Source of the DNA: the human T2T-CHM13v2.0 reference genome, Homo sapiens | NCBI RefSeq assembly: GCF_009914755.1 | Contig: NC_060939.1 | Direction: 5' to 3' (one strand) | Length of the DNA stretch: 64,000 bases | Shown here: in pieces, positions 43,501 to 56,900 of the stretch | Position numbering within the stretch: position 1 is the stretch's first letter | How the letters are laid out: each line of letters opens with the position of its first letter | Translations under genes and position numbers: made by a program | Notes under the pieces: model-generated | What the model saw: only the letters and a program-made list of their open reading frames with translations | What the model was told of the DNA's origin: nothing | The model's database searches: none

Positions 43501-46500
43501 CTTCGTTCCATTTCATTGCATTCCATTCTATTCAACTCTATTGCCTTCCATTCCATTCCATTCGATTACATTCCATGCGATTCCATTCGAAATCGAATCA
43601 ATTACATTGCAATCCATTACTATTGAGTCCATTTTATTCCAGTCCACTGCATTCTGGTCCATTCCATTTGATTCCATTCCATTCTATTCCATTCCATACA
43701 GTTGCATTCCATTGGATTCCATTCTATATCTATAAATTCAATTGGAGACCATTGCTTTTGAGTCCATTCTATATGATTCCATTCCATTCAAGTCCATTAC
43801 ATTTGGTTCAATTCCATTCCATTCCATTCCCTTCCATTCCATTCCAGTTGATATCAATCCATTCGATTCCATTCCATTCGAGCACATTCCATTCGAGTCC
43901 ATTCCATTCGATGCCATTCCATTTGATTCTATTCCATTAGTCTCCATTCAATTCCATTAATCTCCATTCCATTCCATTCTACTCCAACTGATTCCATTCC
44001 ATTCTATTCCTTTCCATTCCATTTCATTCCATTCCATTCCATTTCATTCCATTCCATTCCATTCGCTTCCATTCCATTCGTGTCCATTCCACTCCAGTCC
44101 ATTCCATTCGTGTCCATTCCATTCCAGTCCATTCCATTTGTGTCCACTGCATTCCATTCCACTCCATTCCATATTATTCCATTACACTCCATTCCGTTCT
44201 ATTACTTTCATTTCCATTCAATTCCATTCCATTTGATTCCATTCCACTCGGTTTCATTCCATTTGAGTCCACTCCATTCCATTCCATTCCATTCCATTCA
44301 GTTCCATTCCATTCTGTTCCATTCCATTCCGTTCCATTGCATTCCATTCCATTCGGTACCATTCCATATTGTTCCATTCGATTCCATTCGAATCCATTCC
44401 ATTCCAGTCCATTCCATTCGATTCCATTCCATTCCTTTCAATTCCATTCCATTCCATTCCATTCCACTTGATTCCACTCCATTCCCTTCCAATGCATTCC
44501 ATTCGAATCCATTCCATTGCTTTGCATTCCATTCCATTGGATTGCATTCCATTCGATTCCATTCCATTCGAATCAATTACATAGCAATCCATTACATTCG
44601 AGTCTATTCTATTCCGTTCCATTCGATTTCGTTCCAATCCATTCGATTCCATTCCATTCGATTCCATTCCATACTATTGCATTCCATTCGATTACATTAT
44701 ATTCGAATAAGTTCCATTCAAGACCATTTCTTTTGAGTCCATTCTATTTGAGTCCATTCCCTTTGATTCCATAACATTTGAGTCCATTCAATTCCATTCC
44801 TTTCGTTTCCATTCCATTTGATGCCATTCCATTCAATTCTGTTCTACTCGACTCCAATACATTCAATTCCATTCCATCCGATTCCATTACATTCTTTTCA
44901 TTTCTTATCCATTTCAAGCCATTCCACTCCATTCCATTCCACTCGTTTCCTTTCCATTCGAGTCCATTCCTCTCCAGTCCATTCCGTTCAATCCATTCCA
45001 TTCCAGTCCATTCCATTCGAGTCCGTTCCATTCCAGTCCATTCCATTCGAGTCAATTCCATCCCATTCGATGTCTTTCCATAACGATCCATTCCATTCTA
45101 TTCCTTTCGATTCCATTCCATTCTATTTCATTCCATTCGATTCCCTTCCATTGGACTCCTTTCCATTCGAGTGCATTCCATTCCGTTCCATTTCTTTCCG
45201 TTCTGTACGATTCCTACCGTTCGATTTCATTTTGTTCCAGTCCATTCCTTTCGCGTCCATTCCATTCCATTTCACTCCATTCGATTCCATTTCACTCGAT
45301 TCCACTTCGTTCCATTTCATTGCATTCCATTCTATTCAACTCTATTGCCTTCCATTCCATTCCATTCGATTACATTCCATGCGATTCCATTCGAAATCGA
45401 ATCAATTACATTGCAATCCATTACTATTGAGTCCATTTTATTCCAGTCCACTGCATTCTGGTCCATTCCATTTGATTCCATTCCATTCTATTCCATTCCA
45501 TACAGTTGCATTCCATTGGATTCCATTCTATATCTATAAATTCAATTGGAGACCATTGCTTTTGAGTCCATTCTATATGATTCCATTCCATTCAAGTCCA
45601 TTACATTTGTTTCAATTCCATTCCATTCCATTCCCTTCCATTCCATTCCAGTTGATATCAATCCATTCGATTCCATTCCATTCGAGCACATTCCATTCGA
45701 GTCCATTCCATTCGATGCCATTCCATTTGATTCTATTCCATTAGTCTCCATTCAATTCCATTAATCTCCATTCCATTCCATTCTACTCCAACTGATTCCA
45801 TTCCATTCTATTCCTTTCCATTCCATTTCATTCCATTCCATTCCATTTCATTCCATTCCATTCCATTCGCTTCCATTCCATTCGTGTCCATTCCACTCCA
45901 GTCCATTCCATTCGTGTCCATTCCATTCCAGTCCATTCCATTTGTGTCCACTGCATTCCATTCCACTCCATTCCATATTATTCCATTACAATCCATTCCG
46001 TTCTATTACTTTCATTTCCATTCAATTCCATTCCATTTGATTCCATTCCACTCGGTTTCATTCCATTTGAGTCCACTCCATTCCATTCCATTCCATTCCA
46101 TTCAGTTCCATTCCATTCTGTTCCATTCCATTCCGTTCCATTGCATTCCATTCCATTCGGTACCATTCCATATTGTTCCATTCGATTCCATTCGAATCCA
46201 TTCCATTCCAGTCCATTCCATTCGATTCCATTCCATTCCTTTCAATTCCATTCCATTCCATTCCATTCCACTTGATTCCACTCCATTCCCTTCCACTGCA
46301 TTCCATTCGATTCCATTCCATTGCTTTGCATTCCATTCCATTGGATTGCATTCCATTCGATTCCATTCCATTCGAATCAATTACATAGCAATCCATTACA
46401 TTCGAGTCTATTCTATTCCGTTCCATTCGATTTCGTTCCAATCCATTCGATTCCATTCCATTCGATTCCATTCCATACTATTGCATTCCATTCGATTACA

Positions 46501-49500
46501 TTATATTCGAATAAGTTCCATTCAAGACCATTTCTTTTGAGTCCATTCTATTTGAGTCCATTCCCTTTGATTCCATAACATTTGAGTCCATTCAATTCCA
46601 TTCCTTTCGTTTCCATTCCATTTGATGCCATTCCATTCAATTCTGTTCTACTCGACTCCAATACATTCAATTCCATTCCATCCGATTCCATTACATTCTT
46701 TTCATTTCTTATCCATTTCAAGCCATTCCACTCCATTCCATTCCACTCGTTTCCTTTCCATTCGAGTCCATTCCTCTCCAGTCCATTCCGTTCAATCCAT
46801 TCCATTCCAGTCCATTCCATTCGAGTCCGTTCCATTCCAGTCCATTCCATTCGAGTCAATTCCATCCCATTCGATGTCTTTCCATAACGATCCATTCCAT
46901 TCTATTCCTTTCGATTCCATTCCATTCTATTTCATTCCATTCGATTCCCTTCCATTGGACTCCTTTCCATTCGAGTGCATTCCATTCCGTTCCATTTCTT
47001 TCCGTTCTGTACGATTCCTACCGTTCGATTTCATTTTGTTCCAGTCCATTCCTTTCGCGTCCATTCCATTCCATTTCACTCCATTCGATTCCATTTCACT
47101 CGATTCCACTTCGTTCCATTTCATTGCATTCCATTCTATTCAACTCTATTGCCTTCCATTCCATTCCATTCGATTACATTCCATGCGATTCCATTCGAAA
47201 TCGAATCAATTACATTGCAATCCATTACTATTGAGTCCATTTTATTCCAGTCCACTGCATTCTGGTCCATTCCATTTGATTCCATTCCATTCTATTCCAT
47301 TCCATACAGTTGCATTCCATTGGATTCCATTGTATATCTATAAATTCAATTGGAGACCATTGCTTTTGAGTCCATTCTATATGATTCCATTCCATTCAAG
47401 TCCATTACATTTGGTTCAATTCCATTCCATTCCATTCCCTTCCATTCCATTCCAGTTGATATCAATCCATTCGATTCCATTCCATTCGAGCCCATTCCAT
47501 TCGAGTCCATTCCATTCGATGCCATTCCATTTGATTCTATTCCATTAGTCTCCATTCAATTCCATTAATCTCCATTCCATTCCATTCTACTCCAACTGAT
47601 TCCATTCCATTCTATTCCTTTCCATTCCATTTCATTCCATTCCATTCCATTTCATTCCATTCCATTCCATTCGCTTCCATTCCATTCGTGTCCATTCCAC
47701 TCCAGTCCATTCCATTCGTGTCCATTCCATTCCAGTCCATTCCATTTGTGTCCACTGCATTCCATTCCACTCCATTCCATATTATTCCATTACACTCCAT
47801 TCCGTTCTATTACTTTCATTTCCATTCAATTCCATTCCATTTGATTCCATTCCACTCGGTTTCATTCCATTTGAGTCCACTCCATTCCATTCCATTCCAT
47901 TCCATTCAGTTCCATTCCATTCTGTTCCATTCCATTCCGTTCCATTGCATTCCATTCCATTCGGTACCATTCCATATTGTTCCATTCGATTCCATTCGAA
48001 TCCATTCCATTCCAGTCCATTCCATTCGATTCCATTCCATTCCTTTCAATTCCATTCCATTCCATTCCATTCCACTTGATTCCACTCCATTCCCTTCCAC
48101 TGCATTCCATTCGATTCCATTCCATTGCTTTGCATTCCATTCCATTGGATTGCATTCCATTCGATTCCATTCCATTCGAATCAATTACATAGCAATCCAT
48201 TACATTCGAGTCTATTCTATTCCGTTCCATTCGATTTCGTTCCAATCCATTCGATTCCATTCCATTCGATTCCATTCCATACTATTGCATTCCATTCGAT
48301 TACATTATATTCGAATAAGTTCCATTCAAGACCATTTCTTTTGAGTCCATTCTATTTGAGTCCATTCCCTTTGATTCCATAACATTTGAGTCCATTCAAT
48401 TCCATTCCTTTCGTTTCCATTCCATTTGATGCCATTCCATTCAATTCTGTTCTACTCGACTCCAATACATTCAATTCCATTCCATCCGATTCCATTACAT
48501 TCTTTTCATTTCTTATCCATTTCAAGCCATTCCACTCCATTCCATTCCACTCGTTTCCTTTCCATTCGAGTCCATTCCTCTCCAGTCCATTCCGTTCAAT
48601 CCATTCCATTCCAGTCCATTCCATTCGAGTCCGTTCCATTCCAGTCCATTCCATTCGAGTCAATTCCATCCCATTCGATGTCTTTCCATAACGATCCATT
48701 CCATTCTATTCCTTTCGATTCCATTCCATTCTATTTCATTCCATTCGATTCCCTTCCATTGGACTCCTTTCCATTCGAGTGCATTCCATTCCGTTCCATT
48801 TCTTTCCGTTCTGTACGATTCCTACCGTTCGATTTCATTTTGTTCCAGTCCATTCCTTTCGCGTCCATTCCATTCCATTTCACTCCATTCGATTCCATTT
48901 CACTCGATTCCACTTCGTTCCATTTCATTGCATTCCATTCTATTCAACTCTATTGCCTTCCATTCCATTCCATTCGATTACATTCCATGCGATTCCATTC
49001 GAAATCGAATCAATTACATTGCAATCCATTACTATTGAGTCCATTTTATTCCAGTCCACTGCATTCTGGTCCATTCCATTTGATTCCATTCCATTCTATT
49101 CCATTCCATACAGTTGCATTCCATTGGATTCCATTCTATATCTATAAATTCAATTGGATACCATTGCTTTTGAGTCCATTCTATATGATTCCATTCCATT
49201 CAAGTCCATTACATTTGGTTCAATTCCATTCCATTCCATTCCCTTCCATTCCATTCCAGTTGATATCAATCCATTCGATTCCATTCCATTCGAGCACATT
49301 CCATTCGAGTCCATTCCATTCGATGCCATTCCATTTGATTCTATTCCATTAGTCTCCATTCAATTCCATTAATCTCCATTCCATTCCATTCTACTCCAAC
49401 TGATTCCATTCCATTCTATTCCTTTCCATTCCATTTCATTCCATTCCATTCCATTTCATTACATTCCATTCCATTCGCTTCCATTCCATTCGTGTCCATT

Positions 49501-50950
49501 CCACTCCAGTCCATTCCATTCGTGTCCATTCCATTCCAGTCCATTCCATTTGTGTCCACTGCATTCCATTCCACTCCATTCCATATTATTCCATTACACT
49601 CCATTCCGTTCTATTACTTTCATTTCCATTCAATTCCATTCCATTTGATTCCATTCCACTCGGTTTCATTCCATTTGAGTCCACTCCATTCCATTCCATT
49701 CCATTCCATTCAGTTCCATTCCATTCTGTTCCATTCCATTCCGTTCCATTGCATTCCATTCCATTCGGTACCATTCCATATTGTTCCATTCGATTCCATT
49801 CGAATCCATTCCATTCCAGTCCATTCCATTCGATTCCATTCCATTCCTTTCAATTCCATTCCATTCCATTCCATTCCACTTGATTCCACTCCATTCCCTT
49901 CCACTGCATTCCATTCGATTCCATTCCATTGCTTTGCATTCCATTCCATTGGATTGCATTCCATTCGATTCCATTCCATTCGAATCAATTACATAGCAAT
50001 CCATTACATTCGAGTCTATTCTATTCCGTTCCATTCGATTTCGTTCCAATCCATTCGATTCCATTCCATTCGATTCCATTCCATACTATTGCATTCCATT
50101 CGATTACATTATATTCGAATAAGTTCCATTCAAGACCATTTCTTTTGAGTCCATTCTATTTGAGTCCATTCCCTTTGATTCCATAACATTTGAGTCCATT
50201 CAATTCCATTCCTTTCGTTTCCATTCCATTTGATGCCATTCCATTCAATTCTGTTCTACTCGACTCCAATACATTCAATTCCATTCCATCCGATTCCATT
50301 ACATTCTTTTCATTTCTTATCCATTTCAAGCCATTCCACTCCATTCCATTCCACTCGTTTCCTTTCCATTCGAGTCCATTCCTCTCCAGTCCATTCCGTT
50401 CAATCCATTCCATTCCAGTCCATTCCATTCGAGTCCGTTCCATTCCAGTCCATTCCATTCGAGTCAATTCCATCCCATTCGATGTCTTTCCATAAAGATC
50501 CATTCCATTCTATTCCTTTCGATTCCATTCCAATCTATTTCATTCCATTCGATTCCCTTCCATTGGACTCCTTTCCATTCGAGTGCATTCCATTCCGTTC
50601 CATTTCTTTCCGTTCTGTACGATTCCTACCGTTCGATTTCATTTTGTTCCAGTCCATTCCTTTCGCGTCCATTCCATTCCATTTCACTCCATTCGATTCC
50701 ATTTCACTCGATTCCACTTCGTTCCATTTCATTGCATTCCATTCTATTCAACTCTATTGCCTTCCATTCCATTCCATTCGATTACATTCCATGCGATTCC
50801 ATTCGAAATCGAATCAATTACATTGCAATCCATTACTATTGAGTCCATTTTATTCCAGTCCACTGCATTCTGGTCCATTCCATTTGATTCCATTCCATTC
50901 TATTCCATTCCATACAGTTGCATTCCATTGGATTCCATTCTATATCTATA
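37577..50950 (+). repeat. Homogeneous sub-array of 1804-bp units (one 1789-bp deletion derivative)
   Basis: Spacing is 1804,1789,1804,1804,1804,1804,1804. Shared markers are CATTTCACTCGA, AATTGGAGACC, TTCGCTTCC and CCGTTCTATTAC, plus TTGCTTTGC from the second unit on. Confidence 0.88.
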
Positions 50951-53900
50951 AATTCAATTCGAGACCATTGCTTTTGAGTCCATTCTATATGATTCCATTC
51001 CATTCAAGTCCATTACATTTGGTTCAATTCCATTCCATTCCAGTTGATATCAATCCATTCGATTCCATTCCATTCGAGCACATTCCATTCGAGTCCATTC
51101 CATTCGATGCCATTCCATTTGATTCTATTCCATTAGTCTCCATTCAATTCCATTAATCTCCATTCCATTCCATTCTACTCCAGATGATTCCATTCCATTC
51201 TATTCCTTTCCATTCCATTTCATTCCATTCCATTACATTTCATTCCATTCCATTCCATTCGTGTCCATTCCACTCCAGTCCATTCCATTCGTGTCCATTC
51301 CATTCCAGTCCATTCCATTTGTGTCCCCTGCATTCCATTACACTCCATTCCATATTATTCCATTACACTCCATTCAATTCTATTACTTTCATTTCCATTC
51401 AATTCCATTCCATTTGATTCCATTCCACTCGGTTTCATTCCATTTGAGTCCACTCCATTCCATTCCATTCCATTCCATTCCATTCAGTTCCATTCCATTC
51501 TATTCCATTCCATTCCGTTCCATTACATTCCATTCCATTCGGTACCATTCCATATTGTTCCATTCGATTCCATTCGAATCCATTCCATTCCAGTCCATTC
51601 CATTCGATTCCATTCCATTCATTTCAATTCCATTCCATTCCATTACATTCCATTCCACTTGATTCCTCTCCATTCCCTTCCACTGCATTCCGTTCGATTC
51701 CATTCCATTGCATTGCATTCCATTCCATTGGATTGCATTCCATTCGATTCCATTCCATTCGAATCAATTACATAGCAATCCATTACATTCGAGTCTATTC
51801 TATTCCGTTCCATTCGATTTCGTTCCAATCCATTCGATTCCATTCCATTCGATTCCATTCCATACTATTGCATTCCATTCGATTACATTATATTCGAATA
51901 AGTTCCATTCAAGACCATTTCTTTTGAGTCCATTCTATTTGAGTCCATTCCCTTTGATTCCATAACATTTGAGTCCATTCAATTCCATTCCTTTCGTTTC
52001 CATTCCATTTGATGCCATTCCATTCAATTCTGTTCTACTCGACTCCAATACATTCAATTCCATTCCATCCGATTCCATTACATTCTTTTCATTTCTTATC
52101 CATTTCAAGCCATTCCACTCCATTCCATTCCACTCGTTTCCTTTCCATTCGAGTCCATTCCTCTCCAGTCCATTCCGTTCAATCCATTCCATTCCAGTCC
52201 ATTCCATTCGAGTCCGTTCCATTCCAGTCCATTCCATTCGAGTCAATTCCATCCCATTCGATGTCTTTCCATAACGATCCATTCCATTCTATTCCTTTCG
52301 ATTCCATTCCATTCTATTTCATTCCATTCGATTCCCTTCCATTGGACTCCTTTCCATTCGAGTGCATTCCATTCCGTTCCATTTGTTTCCGTTCTGTACG
52401 ATTCCTACCGTTCGATTTCATTTTGTTCCAGTCCATTCCTTTCGCGTCCATTCCATTCCATTTCACTCCATTCGATTCCATTTCACTCGATTCCACTTCG
52501 TTCCATTTCATTGCATTCCATTCTATTCAACGCTATTGCCTTCCATTCCATTCCATTCGATTACATTCCATGCGATTCCATTCGAAATCGAATCAATTAC
52601 ATTGCAATCCATTACTATTGAGTCCATTTTATTCCAGTCCACTGCATTCTGGTCCATTCCATTTGATTCCATTCCATTCTATTCCATTCCATACAGTTGC
52701 ATTCCATTGGATTCCATTCTATATCTATAAATTCAATTGGAGACCATTGCTTTTGAGTCCATTCTATATGATTCCATTCCATTCAAGTCCATTACATTTG
52801 GTTCAATTCCATTCCATTCCATTCCCTTCCATTCCATTCCAGTTGATATCAATCCATTCGATTCCATTCCATTCGAGCACATTCCATTCGAGTCCATTCC
52901 ATTCGATGCCATTCCATTTGATTCTATTCCATTAGTCTCCATTCAATTCCATTAATCTCCATTCCATTCCATTCTACTCCAACTGATTCCATTCCATTCT
53001 ATTCCTTTCCATTCCATTTCATTCCATTCCATTCCATTTCATTCCATTCCATTCCATTCGCTTCCATTCCATTCGTGTCCATTCCACTCCAGTCCATTCC
53101 ATTCGTGTCCATTCCATTCCAGTCCATTCCATTTGTGTCCACTGCATTCCATTCCACTCCATTCCATATTATTCCATTACACTCCATTCCATTCTATTAC
53201 TTTCATTTCCATTCAATTCCATTCCATTTGATTCCATTCCACTCGGTTTCATTCCATTTGAGTCCACTCCATTCCATTCCATTCCATTCCATTCAGTTCC
53301 ATTCCATTCTGTTCCATTCCATTCCGTTCCATTGCATTCCATTCCATTCGGTACCATTCCATATTGTTCCATTCGATTCCATTCGAATCCATTCCATTCC
53401 AGTCCATTCCATTCGATTCCATTCCATTCCTTTCAATTCCATTCCATTCCATTCCATTCCACTTGATTCCACTCCATTCCCTTCCACTGCATTCCATTCG
53501 ATTCCATTCCATTGCTTTGCATTCCATTCCATTGGATTGCATTCCATTCGATTCCATTCCATTCGAATCAATTACATAGCAATCCATTACATTCGAGTCT
53601 ATTCTATTCCGTTCCATTCGATTTCGTTCCAATCCATTCGATTCCATTCCATTCGATTCCATTCCATACTATTGCATTCCATTCGATTACATTATATTCG
53701 AATAAGTTCCATTCAAGACCATTTCTTTTGAGTCCATTCTATTTGAGTCCATTCCCTTTGATTCCATAACATTTGAGTCCATTCAATTCCATTCCTTTCG
53801 TTTGCATTCCATTTGATGCCATTCCATTCAATTCTGTTCTACTCGACTCCAATACATTCAATTCCATTCCATCCGATTCCATTACATTCTTTTCATTTCT

Positions 53901-56900
53901 TATCCATTTCAAGCCATTCCACTCCATTCCATTCCACTCGTTTCCTTTCCATTCGAGTCCATTCCTCTCCAGTCCATTCCGTTCAATCCATTCCATTCCA
54001 GTCCATTCCATTCGAGTCCGTTCCATTCCAGTCCATTCCATTCGAGTCAACTCCATTCCATTCGATGTCTTTCCATAACGATCCATTCCATTCTATTCCT
54101 TTCGATTCCATTCCATTCTATTTCATTCCATTCGATTCCCTTCCATTGGACTCCTTTCCATTCGAGTGCATTCCATTCCTTTCCATTTCTTCCCGTTCTG
54201 TACGATTCCTACCTTTCGATTTCATTTTGTTCCAGTCCATTCCTTTCGCGTCCATTCCATTCCATTTCACTCCATTCGATTCCATTCCACTCGATTCCAC
54301 TTCGTTCCATTTCATTGCATTCCATTCTATTCAACTCTATTGCCTTCCATTCCATTCCATTCGATTACATTCCATGCGATTCCATTCGAAATCGAATCAA
54401 TTACATTGCAATCCATTACTATTGAGTCCGTTTTATTCCAGTCCACTGCATTCTGGTCCATTCCATTTGATTCCATTCCATTCTATTCCATTCCATACAG
54501 TTGCATTCCATTGGATTCCATGCTATATCTATAAATTCAATTCGAGACCATTGCTTTTGATTCCATTCTATATGATTCCATTCCATTCAAGTCCATTACA
54601 TTTGGTTCAATTCCATTCCATTCCATTCCCTTCCATTCCATTCCAGTTGATATCAATCCATTCGATTCCATTCCATTCGAGCACATTCCATTCGAGTCCA
54701 TTCCATTCGATGCCATTCCATTTGATTCTATTCTATTAGTCTCCATTCAATTCCATTAATCTCCATTCCATTCCATCCTACTCCAACTGATTCCATTCCA
54801 TTCTATTCCTTTCCATTCCATTTCATTCCATTCCATTCCATTTCATTCCATTCCATTCCATTCGTGTCCATTCCACTGCAGTCCATTCCATTCGTGTCCA
54901 TTCCATTCCAGTCCATTCCATTTGTGTCCCCTGCATTCCATTACACTCCATTCCATATTATTCCATTACACTCCATTCAATTCTATTACTTTCATTTCCA
55001 TTCAATTCCATTCCATTTGATTCCATTCCACTCGGTTTCATTCCATTTGAGTCCACTCCATTCCATTCCATTCCATTCCATTCAGTTCCATTCCATTCTA
55101 TTCCATTCCATTCCGTTCCATTACATTCCATTCCATTCGGTACCATTCCATATTGTTCCATTCGATTCCATTCGAATCCATTCCATTCCAGTCCATTCCA
55201 TTCGATTCCATTCCATTCATTTCAATTCCATTCCATTCCATTCCATTCCATTCCACTTGATTCCTCTCCATTCCCTTCCACTGCATTCCGTTCGATTCCA
55301 TTCCATTGCATTGCGTTCCATTCCATTGGATTGCATTCCATTCGATTCCATTCCATTCGAATCAATTACATAGCAATCCATTACATTCGAGTCTATTCTA
55401 TTCCGTTCCATTCGATTTCGTTCCAATCCATTCGATTCCATTCCATTCGATTCCATTCCATACTATTGCATTCCATTCTATTACATTATATTCGAATAAG
55501 TTCCATTCAAGACCATTTCTTTTGAGTCCATTCTATTTGAGTCCATTCCCTTTGATTCCATAACATTTGAGTCCATTCAATTCCATTCCTTTCGTTTCCA
55601 TTCCATTTGATGCCATTCCATTCAATTCTGTTCTACTCGACTCCAATACATTCAATTCCATTCCATCCGATTCCATTACATTCTTTTCATTTCTTATCCA
55701 TTTCAAGCCATTCCACTCCATTCCATTCCACTCGTTTCCTTTCCATTCGAGTCCATTCCTCTCCAGTCCATTCCGTTCAATCCATTCCATTCCAGTCCAT
55801 TCCATTCGAGTCCGTTCCATTCCAGTCCATTCCATTCGAGTCAATTCCATCCCATTCGATGTCTTTCCATAACGATCCATTCCATTCTATTCCTTTCGAT
55901 TCCATTCCATTCTATTTCATTCCATTCGATTCCCTTCCATTGGACTCCTTTCCATTCGAGTGCATTCCATTCCGTTCCATTTCTTTCCGTTCTGTACGAT
56001 TCCTACCGTTCGATTTCATTTTGTTACAGTCCATTCCTTTCGCGTCCATTCCATTCCATTTCACTCCATTCGATTCCATTCCACTCGATTCCACTTCGTT
56101 CCATTTCATTGCATTCCATTCTATTCAACTCTATTGCCTTCCATTCCATTCCATTCGATTACATTCCATGCGATTCCATTCGAAATCGAATCAATTACAT
56201 TGCAATCCATTACTATTGAGTCCGTTTTAATCCAGTCCACTGCATTCTGGTCCATTCCATTTGATTCCATTCCATTCTATTCCATTCCATACAGTTGCAT
56301 TCCATTGGATTCCATGCTATATCTATAAATTCAATTCGAGACCATTGCTTTTGAGTCCATTCTATATGATTCCATTCCATTCAAGTCCATTACATTTGGT
56401 TCAATTCCATTCCATTCCATTCCCTTCCATTCCATTCCATTTGATATCAATCCATTCGATTCCATTCCATTCAAGCACATTCCATTCGAGTCCATTCCAT
56501 TCGATGCCATTCCATTTGATTCTATTCCATTAGTCTCCATTCAATTCCATTAATCTCCATTCCATTCCATTCTACTCCAACTGATTCCATTCCATTCTAT
56601 TCCTTTCCATTCCATTTCATTCCATTCCATTCCATTTCATTCCATTCCATTCCATTCGTGTCCATTCCACTCCAGTCCATTCCATTCGTGTCCATTCCAT
56701 TCCAGTCATTTCCATTTGTGTCCACTGCATTCCATTCCACTCCATTCCATATTATTCCATTACACTCCATTCCATTCTATTACTTTCATTTCCATTCAAT
56801 TCCATTCCATTTGATTCCATTCCACTCGGTTTCATTCCATTTGAGTCCACTCCATTCCATTCCATTCCATTCCATTCAGTAACATTCCATTCTGTTCCAT

